Shown here: positions 1 to 7,327 of the stretch, one piece after another
How positions within the stretch are numbered: position 1 is the first letter of the stretch
Layout of the letters: each line of letters begins with the position of its first letter
Source of the DNA: Bdellovibrionota bacterium
Lineage (GTDB): Bacteria > Bdellovibrionota > UBA1018 > UBA923
Assembly: GCA_040754655.1 (NCBI GenBank)
Contig: JBFMCE010000097.1
Location: 1 to 14,436, forward strand
DNA: 14,436 bases
Direction of reading: 5' to 3'
Position numbers and translations under genes: made by a program
The notes under the pieces: generated by a model
Database searches by the model: none
Seen by the model: only the letters and a program-made list of their open reading frames with translations
What the model was told of the DNA's origin: nothing

Positions 1-142
1 TCGGATCGTGAGTAGGCGGATTCGCGAATGCAGGGGTGGGGATACTCCAAAGCGCCGAAGAAAGCGCTAGCGCGATGCTACGAATCGCCAGCCTTGTTTT
101 CAACGAGCGGAAAGAAAAACAAACTTTTTCCCTTGATGCCAT
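1..142 (-). CDS. 5' part of an exported (Sec signal peptide) protein running off the left edge; not in the ORF track
   Basis: ATG at 142-140 preceded by AAAAGGGGGATGTAAA (RBS-like). Open frame MASREKVCFSFRSLKTRLAIRSIALALSSALWSIPTPAFA-NPPTHDP to the window edge, with a basic n-region, a hydrophobic core and an AFA cleavage site. Confidence 0.7.
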   Translation of the reverse strand, partial: MASREKVCFSFRSLKTRLAIRSIALALSSALWSIPTPAFANPPTHDP

Positions 143-168
143 TTTACATCCCCCTTTTACTCTTCCCG

Positions 169-199
169 GCCTCGATTGAGTCGTTGATCCAATCGAGGC
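169..199. repeat. Perfect 10-bp inverted repeat (hairpin) just upstream of the RBS of the minus-strand gene
   Basis: GCCTCGATTG (169-178) / CAATCGAGGC (190-199), 11-nt loop. Confidence 0.7.
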
Positions 200-396
200 G
201 CACGGCCACCAGTTCGCCACAGCAAGGCACGACTAACAATCGATAAGAAAAGCGTCAAGAAATTCAGCAGTTTAGATCAAGATCCCAAAACGGGAAAAGT
301 TTGCTGCCCACGCCATTATAACCGACAAAAATACTTTTAATACAAAACAAAATCAGTCCGATATAGTCAGTGTTAGTTATTCAATGGGACCGCTGC

Positions 397-468
397 GAGA
401 GGAGATGTTGATCATACCCTATCCCAACATCTCCTCCCACGCGCGGAACACATCAACAAACCCGCGCG
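397..468 (-). repeat. Two tandem hairpins immediately 3' of the SPFH stop codon (3'-end stabiliser or atypical terminator)
   Basis: GAGGAGATGTTG (399-410) / CAACATCTCCTC (425-436) is a perfect 12-bp stem that extends to 15 bp through G-U pairs only on the minus strand. CGCGCGG (440-446) / CCGCGCG (462-468) is a 7-bp stem. No U-tract follows. Confidence 0.6.
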
Positions 469-472
469 AAGC

Positions 473-1231
473 TCAACGCCCTCCGCCACTAAACATTCCC
501 TTCATCAATTCCAAAGGAATCGGCATGAAGGTGGTTGTATTTCGCTCAGAAGAAATCTCAACCATCGTTTGCAAATAGCGCAGTTGAATGGTGATCGGGT
601 TTTGATTCATCACCTCCGCTGCCTCGGAAAGTTTTTTAGAAGCCTGATATTCACCGTCGGCAGCGATAATCTTCGCCCGGCGTTCTCGTTCCGCCTCTGC
701 TTGGCGGGCCATCGCACGCTGCATCTCGGCTGGCAGGTCGATCTGTTTTACTTCAACGTTTGAAACCTTGACACCCCAAGGTTCGGTCTGGGTATCAAGG
801 ATTGTCTGCAATTTGTGGTTGATTGCCTCACGCGCAGACAAAAGTTCATCGAGCTCGACTTGTCCCATCACCGAGCGCAACGTCGTTTGCGCGAGTTTCG
901 AAGTCGCGAGCAAGTAATTCTCAACTTCGACCACAGCGCGGTTGGGATCTAAAACCCTAAAATAAACGACTGCATTGACTTTGACCGTGACGTTATCGCG
1001 GGTGATCGCATCTTGCGCCGGAACATCTAAAGTTACGGTGCGCAAATCGACTCGAACCATCTTATCGACCACGGGAATCAGTAAGATCAAACCCGGTCCT
1101 TTCGCACCTTGGATGCGTCCCAGGCGAAAGATCACGCCCCTTTCATACTCATTGAGGATGCGAACCGCCATCGCAAGGAATGAGCCGATGATCATGATGA
1201 ATAATATTGCGCCGCCTGATAAGAATTCCAT
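473..1231 (-). CDS. SPFH/band 7 (stomatin-like, slipin) membrane protein
   Basis: N-terminal TM segment; motifs [63 protein letters not shown] and LRYLQT; directly downstream of nfeD. Confidence 0.96.
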   Translation of the reverse strand: MEFLSGGAILFIMIIGSFLAMAVRILNEYERGVIFRLGRIQGAKGPGLILLIPVVDKMVRVDLRTVTLDVPAQDAITRDNVTVKVNAVVYFRVLDPNRAVVEVENYLLATSKLAQTTLRSVMGQVELDELLSAREAINHKLQTILDTQTEPWGVKVSNVEVKQIDLPAEMQRAMARQAEAERERRAKIIAADGEYQASKKLSEAAEVMNQNPITIQLRYLQTMVEISSERNTTTFMPIPLELMKGMFSGGGR

Positions 1232-2518
1232 TTACGCTTTCCTCACTCTAAGCTTGAAGCCTTTGTTCTCAATAACCGAAATTCGGTCTCCAACATGCAC
1301 CGAATGATCAGGATCGAAAAGTTCAAAATCCCAAATTTCGCCCCTCATGAGGCATTTGCCTTGCCTGCCTGCGGCATCGATCGACTGCACTACGCCCTCA
1401 AAACCTTCCATATGGCTTAACCCTCGATAAACCCCGCGCCGGGCCCGAAGAAGGCTTGTGCCGACAAAAAACGCAATGAGACCGATCGCCAAAACCGTAG
1501 GCAGCACAAGAGCCAAGGAAAGCCTCAGGTCTCCGGTCGACGGATCCATCAAAAACAAGGCTCCTAGGACAAGGGAAACGATTCCACCGATCGTCAAAAC
1601 GCCATAACTTGTGACGAAAACCTCAAGAACAAACAAAACAAGGCCCAAGACCAAAAGCGCCACGGCGCCTGAATTGATTGGAAGAGTAGAAAATGAAATG
1701 AATGCCAGTATCAAGCAGATCGAACCTAAGACACCAGGAAAGATCAAACCTGGCGAAGTCAACTCGGCATAAAGCCCAAGCCCGCCGGCTACCATCAAGA
1801 GGTAACTGACGTTAGGATCGCCCAAGAAAGACAAAAGCCTTTCACCCGCCGTCATCGTGATTTTTTCAACCGCGCTTCCGACCACGCCCACGATTTGTTT
1901 CTTTCCAGAAGGTAAAGCGACCACCCTACCCTCGGTCTCGGTCAGCATTTTCTCAAGATCGATCGCCAGAAAATCTATTACTCGAAGCTTCACGGCCTCG
2001 TCCGCCGGCACCGAAACCGACTTGCGAATGGATTGTTCAGCCCATTCGGCATTCCTACCGCGAAGCTGGGCCTGAGACTTGATGAAAGCAACCGTGTCGT
2101 TCACTGCCTTTTCGGCCATATCACCCTTGATGTCTTGGCCCTGACCGGCGACAGGATGTGCAGCACCGATATTCGTCCCGGGCGCCATCGCAGCGACATG
2201 AGCGCTCATGGTAATGATGGTACCCGCGCTTGTGGCCGACGCTCCTGACGGCGAAACATAAACGGCGACTGGAACCGAACTCTGACCGATGCTCTGAACG
2301 ATTTCCCGAGTAGAAGAGAGAAGCCCCCCGGGAGTGCTCATGACCACGACTAAAAGAGAAGAATTCTGCGCCGTCGCCAAATCAATACTACGCTGTATAT
2401 AGCGAACCGTTCCGGTGTTGATAACGCCGTTTACTTGCGCGACGTATACTTTCGAGGAAGCATGAGCTGAAAAAACAAAGAAAACCGAGAATACCCACAA
2501 AACTGAGAATCGCTTCAT
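1232..2518 (-). CDS. nfeD: Long-form NfeD: ClpP-like (S49-type) serine protease domain, membrane domain and C-terminal OB-fold
   Basis: Signal peptide (AHA), TPGG, ATSAG (catalytic Ser), MAPGTNIGAAHPV, EKAVND (catalytic Lys), RGRNAEWAE, several TM helices, RGEIW; canonical pairing with an SPFH gene. Confidence 0.94.
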   Translation of the reverse strand: MKRFSVLWVFSVFFVFSAHASSKVYVAQVNGVINTGTVRYIQRSIDLATAQNSSLLVVVMSTPGGLLSSTREIVQSIGQSSVPVAVYVSPSGASATSAGTIITMSAHVAAMAPGTNIGAAHPVAGQGQDIKGDMAEKAVNDTVAFIKSQAQLRGRNAEWAEQSIRKSVSVPADEAVKLRVIDFLAIDLEKMLTETEGRVVALPSGKKQIVGVVGSAVEKITMTAGERLLSFLGDPNVSYLLMVAGGLGLYAELTSPGLIFPGVLGSICLILAFISFSTLPINSGAVALLVLGLVLFVLEVFVTSYGVLTIGGIVSLVLGALFLMDPSTGDLRLSLALVLPTVLAIGLIAFFVGTSLLRARRGVYRGLSHMEGFEGVVQSIDAAGRQGKCLMRGEIWDFELFDPDHSVHVGDRISVIENKGFKLRVRKA

Positions 2519-3348
2519 GGTTTCAGCTCCGCCATGACCTTCTTCATGTCTTCCCAGACTTCCTTCTTGGCCTCAGGATTCCTCAATAAGAAGGCCGGAT
2601 GATAAGTCGGCATCAGCTTAGTGCCTCGATATACGGTGAAATTTCCCCTCATTTTGGTGATCTTTACGTCTCCGCCCAACAAGCAGCGCAATGCCGTGGC
2701 GCCAAGAGCGACGATCACCTTGGGTTTGATGCAATCGATTTGCCTGAAAAGAAACTGCTCACAAGTGCCTGCTTCATCCGGTTCAGGAACACGGTTTCCC
2801 GGCGGGCGGCACTTCACGACGTTTGCGATATAAACCTGCTCACGACTGAGGCCCATTGCTTCAATGATTTTATCCAACAACTGGCCTGCCTTGCCAACGA
2901 AGGGCCTGCCTTGCAGATCCTCTTGTTCACCAGGGCCTTCTCCGACAAACATAAGAGTAGAATCAGGGGATCCTTCGCCAAAAACAATGTTCTTTCGGGT
3001 CTTGCAAAGCTTACAGCGCTGGCAGTCGCCGATTTCTTGTTGAATTTCCCGCAAAATGGCAGCTCGTTCTGTAACAGGCTGAATCGCCTTTAAAGAAGCG
3101 CTCTGTTCAGACTGGCCCTGCTCTCGCCGCAAATCTTGAGTTTGAGCCAGCTGTGCTGGTACTGGTACTGGCGCCGGTGCAGATGCAGGCGCTGAGGCTT
3201 GAGACGGAACGCGAGAAGGCGGCGCATCCCCGCGCGCTACACGTTGTTGAGCGCGCCATCGCCGTTCCAACCAAGCCTTCGAAATAAAAGCGGATCGCCC
3301 GTAAGCCAGCTCTAAGCTTTCTTTCCAGAGAGAAAATTTTTCCTGCAT
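2515..3348 (-). CDS. udg: Uracil-DNA glycosylase family 4 ([4Fe-4S]) with an N-terminal extension and Pro/Ala linker
   Basis: CQRCKL, VFGEG, VGEGPGEQED, GRPFVGKAGQLL, NVVKCRPPGNRVP, PTYHPAFLLR; stop overlaps the nfeD start (ATGA at 2515-2518). Confidence 0.95.
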   Translation of the reverse strand: MQEKFSLWKESLELAYGRSAFISKAWLERRWRAQQRVARGDAPPSRVPSQASAPASAPAPVPVPAQLAQTQDLRREQGQSEQSASLKAIQPVTERAAILREIQQEIGDCQRCKLCKTRKNIVFGEGSPDSTLMFVGEGPGEQEDLQGRPFVGKAGQLLDKIIEAMGLSREQVYIANVVKCRPPGNRVPEPDEAGTCEQFLFRQIDCIKPKVIVALGATALRCLLGGDVKITKMRGNFTVYRGTKLMPTYHPAFLLRNPEAKKEVWEDMKKVMAELKP

Positions 3349-3410
3349 AGGCGACTAACATGAAAGTTTTCGTTGGGATTGGCAAGATCTGGCTCTAAAA
3401 TGGAAGAAGC

Positions 3411-3482
3411 ATGAAAAACACCTTGTTTTGGATTTCCCTGGGCTTTCTAGCCTTAGTGCTTATCGCCAACGCGCAGGCGTAA
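3411..3482 (+). CDS. 23-aa small ORF consisting only of a signal-peptide-like sequence (small membrane protein or gene remnant)
   Basis: MKNTLFWISLGFLALVLIANAQA-stop, preceded by purine-rich GGAAGAAG and followed immediately by an inverted repeat. Confidence 0.45.
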   Translation: MKNTLFWISLGFLALVLIANAQA

Positions 3483-3505
3483 AAGGGTTCACTGTCTAAC
3501 CCTTT
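3482..3505. terminator. Possible terminator-like hairpin after the small ORF
   Basis: AAAGGGTT (3482-3489) / AACCCTTT (3498-3505), 8-nt loop, short T run. Confidence 0.35.
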
Positions 3506-3606
3506 GACACCTGTTCATGCGCTTATACCCCCAAATGCCCCAGTACAAGCTTAGATGAGCCCCAATCCCTACGACAGAGCCTGGTATACCGGTTGCACTA
3601 TGCGTC

Positions 3607-4797
3607 GTGGCTATGAAGAAGAAAAGACCTTCTCTGACCAGCACAACCTTAATTGCAAGCCTGGCAACAGTGCTCGTCCTTTCTTTTTTGTCAGGTTGTG
3701 GCGACGAAACCAATAATGGTTTGAGCTCGGATGCGGAAGAGTACGATGCCTCTCAGCTCGATCAAGAGATCACCCTTGAAGACCTTGGCGGCGCCGAGTA
3801 CTTGGGTTTCCTCGAAGAAGCTCAAAAAGAAGAAGAAATCAAAAAGAGCGTAGAGAAAATAGAAAAAATTGAGCAAAAAATCGAGGAAATCGATCAAAAG
3901 CCGCAATCTTCCGTACCGGATCGCTCTGAGAAAATCAGGCTTGAGAAACAAAAGATCAAAGAAAAAGCCATCGCCAACGCACGCGAATGGGAGTTGAGGA
4001 TCAGTCGCCACTTGAACAGAAACTCAAGCTCAGCGAACCTGAAATACCACAACGACCACTCCTGGCAGTGGGATGAGGGCGTAAGACGGTTTCTGCACCA
4101 TTACAACGAGGTATACAAAGACCCCAAGAGCGGGCGCCGTGGCGTTTATCCACCGGTGACGGCGGCTGATTACCGCGGGTATATTTTTGGCGGCGACCCG
4201 ATCTGCGTCAACCCCAGAACCTACGCCAATGTTTTTGACGTGGCTTGCGGCGCCGACTGTCGCTCTTTCGTGCGCTGGAACTACAAGAACGCGATGTCAG
4301 TTGAAGCAAAACTTCCCATGCTTGCAACCCAGTATATGATCGACATCATCTTGCCCTATCTTGATGTCGAGAAAGAGCGGCCAGGCCCCCTGAGCTACTC
4401 TTATCGAAAACAGCTTGCCCGTGAAAAGTACGTCGACCGCATCAAAAAGAAAGCCCAATACCTGCGCTCAATCGGTGAACGCGGCGTCGATGCGACCTGG
4501 GAGCAAACGCACATTGGTTATTTTGATTACTTCAATTACGTTACTGACGGCGAAGCTCAGAACGGCGACTATGTCGTTTACATCCTGCACACGGATAAGA
4601 GCTATCGTGAAAGCGGCCACGTGGCTCTTTTGGTCGATATCAATGGCGGAAAAAACGCCACCCTTGGCGCTTCTACTGGCAAGAGCGGGCTCATCTACTA
4701 TTCATACCTACCAAACAAGACTCATCTGCTCCGCCCGAACTTGAACAAGATCTTAAGCGAGCTCAAAGGCGAGGAAATCGCCGACGACGAGCCGTAA
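3607..4797 (+). CDS. Lipoprotein with acidic linker, coiled coil and a divergent NlpC/P60-like (papain-fold) Cys peptidase domain; start may be ATG 3613
   Basis: Lipobox LSGC (C31); E/K-rich helical stretch; GYIFGG (cf. YxWGG), ADCRSFV (C218, codon 4258-4260), GDYVVY and SGHVALL (H338, codon 4618-4620). Confidence 0.7.
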   Translation: MAMKKKRPSLTSTTLIASLATVLVLSFLSGCGDETNNGLSSDAEEYDASQLDQEITLEDLGGAEYLGFLEEAQKEEEIKKSVEKIEKIEQKIEEIDQKPQSSVPDRSEKIRLEKQKIKEKAIANAREWELRISRHLNRNSSSANLKYHNDHSWQWDEGVRRFLHHYNEVYKDPKSGRRGVYPPVTAADYRGYIFGGDPICVNPRTYANVFDVACGADCRSFVRWNYKNAMSVEAKLPMLATQYMIDIILPYLDVEKERPGPLSYSYRKQLAREKYVDRIKKKAQYLRSIGERGVDATWEQTHIGYFDYFNYVTDGEAQNGDYVVYILHTDKSYRESGHVALLVDINGGKNATLGASTGKSGLIYYSYLPNKTHLLRPNLNKILSELKGEEIADDEP

Positions 4798-4812
4798 CAC
4801 AAAGAGCCCGGC

Positions 4813-5340
4813 TCAGCTCTCGCGTTCAACCTCAGTCTCGTACTTGAGCTTTCCTGGCGGCATACAGCTTCCCCTGATGTAATAGCGCCGCGGCTCTCGA
4901 ATGATCTGTGCGCACCCGAAGTCATCGGATTTCGAAGAAGGGTTACGGCTGAATTCAAAAGAGTCGTCGATCGCCTTCTGAGCGCCGTGCTCGCTGGCGG
5001 TTTCAACTGCGAATTCGACTACAACCGTTGCTCCTTTCGAGACAACTGCCTTGATTTTCACGCTGCGAACCACTGCCCAGTTCCGCAGATCGCTGCAGGC
5101 CCCTTCATTGCACTCGCTTGGACCAATATTGAGGCTTGGAAACTTCTCTTTGTTCACGCAGCCCTTGCTTTGATGCGGAAATCTGCGGCCCGAAAGCTCC
5201 CATTCCAGAAGATCACGGGCTAATTCTTCGTCACTGCGAGAAGAACACTGCCGAGGCTGGGAAGCCGCCTTTTGCCGGGAAGCCATGGCATTCCAGACTG
5301 AAAACCACGCCATGAACAACAAGATGAAAAAATACTTCAT
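4813..5340 (-). CDS. Small exported 6-Cys hypothetical protein, translationally coupled to the upstream NlpC/P60-like gene
   Basis: Signal peptide MKYFFILLFMAWFSVWNAMA; six Cys; ATGA overlap at 5337-5340. Confidence 0.75.
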   Translation of the reverse strand: MKYFFILLFMAWFSVWNAMASRQKAASQPRQCSSRSDEELARDLLEWELSGRRFPHQSKGCVNKEKFPSLNIGPSECNEGACSDLRNWAVVRSVKIKAVVSKGATVVVEFAVETASEHGAQKAIDDSFEFSRNPSSKSDDFGCAQIIREPRRYYIRGSCMPPGKLKYETEVERES

Positions 5341-6827
5341 TGGCTACTTCTCCCGTCTTCATTCATCGATTGAAAAAAATCAAGGCCCGGCCCAAGAAGG
5401 CGTTTGCCGAATTCCTTAAGCAAGTGTTTACGAAAACATCCTTGAATGCACTCGTCATTCAAGATCTTAAGCCTCTTCTCGGGTGGAGCCGTGCATCCGG
5501 CCTTTTTTTCCCCGACGTGCCGGATGATTGAAGCTGCGCGGCCTTCATACCCGTGAACGATGGCTTGAAAAACAGGTTCTTTCTTTTTCCTCCTGTTTTT
5601 CTGCCGAGGATCCGCTTGAGGCGGGTTCTCGCGGTAAAGCTTGGCCCTGCAGGCCTGCAGGGCCAAAAACTCAATCACTGCGATTCCATTCTTGCTGAAG
5701 AACTTTCTTGCTTCCATGCGATTGACGCCAAGATTGCCGGAAATCGAACTCTGGAGGATCGAGAAATTGAACTTGCGAGGATCGATCTGATCACGCGTGC
5801 AACGAGTGACGTCCTTCAAACCGAAAGGATCGGTGCCGACCTGATCGATCATTACGATGTGCTTCGACCACGAAATCACATCTCCTGCTCTCAGGCTCGA
5901 GCTCTTGAAATCCACCGTCTCAAAACAATCGTCCTTTCTTCCAAGATCCATATAGTCTTTCGCTCCGATCCCGTAAGAGCCATAACTGTCGTCGTTAGGG
6001 CGAACTCTGAGCCCAGAGGCCGCAAGCGCCGCCGAGACAAACCCTGAGCAATCTAACGCAAAGTAAGGAGCTCCCTGGGCATGCTTTTCGGTATGCAAGT
6101 TGATCACCCTATTGTTCGCATCAAATGGCTCTAATTTAGCGCCAAACTCATAAAGGACTGGTGTGCGCGAGAGATCAACGCAGCGATTCGCTTCGCCACT
6201 GCATCTTTCGTATCCGGCCACGCACTCGCGCTGTTCGGGAAGACAGCTTTCCGGGTTTCCAAGGCAATTCGCGCTTGCGCACAACGGGCCTCCGCCGCTC
6301 TGTTCGCAAAGCCCTTCAATGCACCTGTTGTACGCATCATGGCATGCGGCGCGAGGATTGGGCCAATCCTTAAGATAATAGTGAGAGTTGATGACGCCCA
6401 TGAGAGGCGAGGTCGGAATGACGCCTTTGGCGATCAATCGACTCTCAAGCTTCGGTGAAAGCACGGGAATGATGCGGTCTAACCTTCCGGGAAATTCCCG
6501 TGACGGGTAAACATCCAGCGCCCAGCCAGGAATGCCCCCATGAGTTTCGTCATCGTACTCGCCTTTCTCAAGCACATGGCAACTCTGGTACATCACCGCC
6601 ATGATCTTGCGCGCTCCGAATTGAGGTTCCATCGAAAGCTCTAAGAGGGAATCCCCTAGGCGCGCGATGTCTTTGGCGGCGGCGTCGACTTGCGCTCCTA
6701 CCGGTGCGCCTTCAGTACTCACGGGGTATCGGCAAGCCTTGTTGACATCTTCAAGGTCGCCGGTAGGCCGTGCGAAAACCAGAGGTAAAAGTGTGAAGTA
6801 AAAAGAGAAAGCAAAAAGGATTCTCAA
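5337..6827 (-). CDS. Secreted Cys-rich protein with an NlpC/P60-like catalytic domain (putative peptidoglycan peptidase/amidase)
   Basis: TTG start after GAGAGGG; signal peptide ending VFA; LYEFGA, LDCSGFVSAAL (C260, codon 6048-6050), LRAGDVISWSKHIVMI (H323, codon 5859-5861), ILQSS; 18 Cys in total. Confidence 0.78.
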   Translation of the reverse strand: MRILFAFSFYFTLLPLVFARPTGDLEDVNKACRYPVSTEGAPVGAQVDAAAKDIARLGDSLLELSMEPQFGARKIMAVMYQSCHVLEKGEYDDETHGGIPGWALDVYPSREFPGRLDRIIPVLSPKLESRLIAKGVIPTSPLMGVINSHYYLKDWPNPRAACHDAYNRCIEGLCEQSGGGPLCASANCLGNPESCLPEQRECVAGYERCSGEANRCVDLSRTPVLYEFGAKLEPFDANNRVINLHTEKHAQGAPYFALDCSGFVSAALAASGLRVRPNDDSYGSYGIGAKDYMDLGRKDDCFETVDFKSSSLRAGDVISWSKHIVMIDQVGTDPFGLKDVTRCTRDQIDPRKFNFSILQSSISGNLGVNRMEARKFFSKNGIAVIEFLALQACRAKLYRENPPQADPRQKNRRKKKEPVFQAIVHGYEGRAASIIRHVGEKKAGCTAPPEKRLKILNDECIQGCFRKHLLKEFGKRLLGPGLDFFQSMNEDGRSSQ

Positions 6828-6976
6828 AAAACACCCTCTCGTAATCTCTCATTGTACCACGGTCCAAAGCCGCCTTGGTGAGGCAAGTTTTTCCGTATCA
6901 AGCCCATCGCCCTGTGTGCCGAAACCAAGAATAAGTAAGGCGTTTTTCGATTTTTTGTCGCAAGGAGGCGCAAATC

Positions 6977-7210
6977 ATGAATACCAAGACTGAAAATTCC
7001 CTCGATCCCACTGCCCTCTGTTTCGAAGAATATCAAGACTGCTTTGGCGAAGCCGGTGAAGTGATGAAGCGGCATCTTCTATGCACCTTATGCGGTGGTC
7101 ACCTGCACTTTAACCATCTCTCTGATTTCAAGCACGGTTTGATTCAAGAAACCGCACGCTGCCCTGATTGCGGCATTCGCGTGAGACAACGGCTGCATAA
7201 AGTTCAGTGA
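6977..7210 (+). CDS. Small zinc-ribbon protein (CxxC-x22-CxxC), function unknown
   Basis: Perfect RBS AAGGAGG at 6962-6968; CTLC and CPDC pairs. Confidence 0.8.
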   Translation: MNTKTENSLDPTALCFEEYQDCFGEAGEVMKRHLLCTLCGGHLHFNHLSDFKHGLIQETARCPDCGIRVRQRLHKVQ

Positions 7211-7278
7211 GTTTCACCCTGCTTAACTGTCGGCAATAACTTGAAACTATTGGGAGTATTTACTCTTTAAGAGACAAC

Positions 7279-7307
7279 TTGAGTCTGACCTTAATTAGAC
7301 CTATAAT
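7279..7307 (+). promoter_or_regulatory. Sigma70-type promoter of the TA operon
   Basis: TTGAGT (7279-7284), 17-nt spacer, TATAAT (7302-7307), 20 nt before the antitoxin ATG. Confidence 0.8.
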
Positions 7308-7325
7308 AGGTCTTAAGAGGTCAGA
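7284..7325. promoter_or_regulatory. Nested palindromic operator, probably the antitoxin autoregulation site
   Basis: Inner AGACCTAT-A-ATAGGTCT (7297-7313) centred on the -10 box; outer TCTGACCT (7284-7291) / AGGTCAGA (7318-7325). Confidence 0.8.
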
Positions 7326-7327
7326 TC

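Noticed and set aside
28..246. 72-aa plus-strand ORF (and 384-578)
   Set aside because: No RBS or recognisable motif; overlaps a better-supported minus-strand gene start and hairpins.
2515..3348. UdgX-type covalent uracil-DNA binding enzyme
   Set aside because: The KRRIH loop is absent; the sequence has the ordinary family-4 KCRPPGNR motif.
3379..3395. Sigma54-like TGGCA...GC site
   Set aside because: GG-to-GC spacing is 9 nt rather than the required 10.
3504..3532. TTGACA -35 box upstream of the lipoprotein gene
   Set aside because: No acceptable -10 hexamer at 16-18 nt spacing; TATACC lies only 14 nt away.
4813..6827. Type VI secretion Tae/Tai pair
   Set aside because: The enzyme has a Sec signal peptide and no vgrG, hcp, PAAR or adaptor gene is in the window; kept only as a functional analogy.
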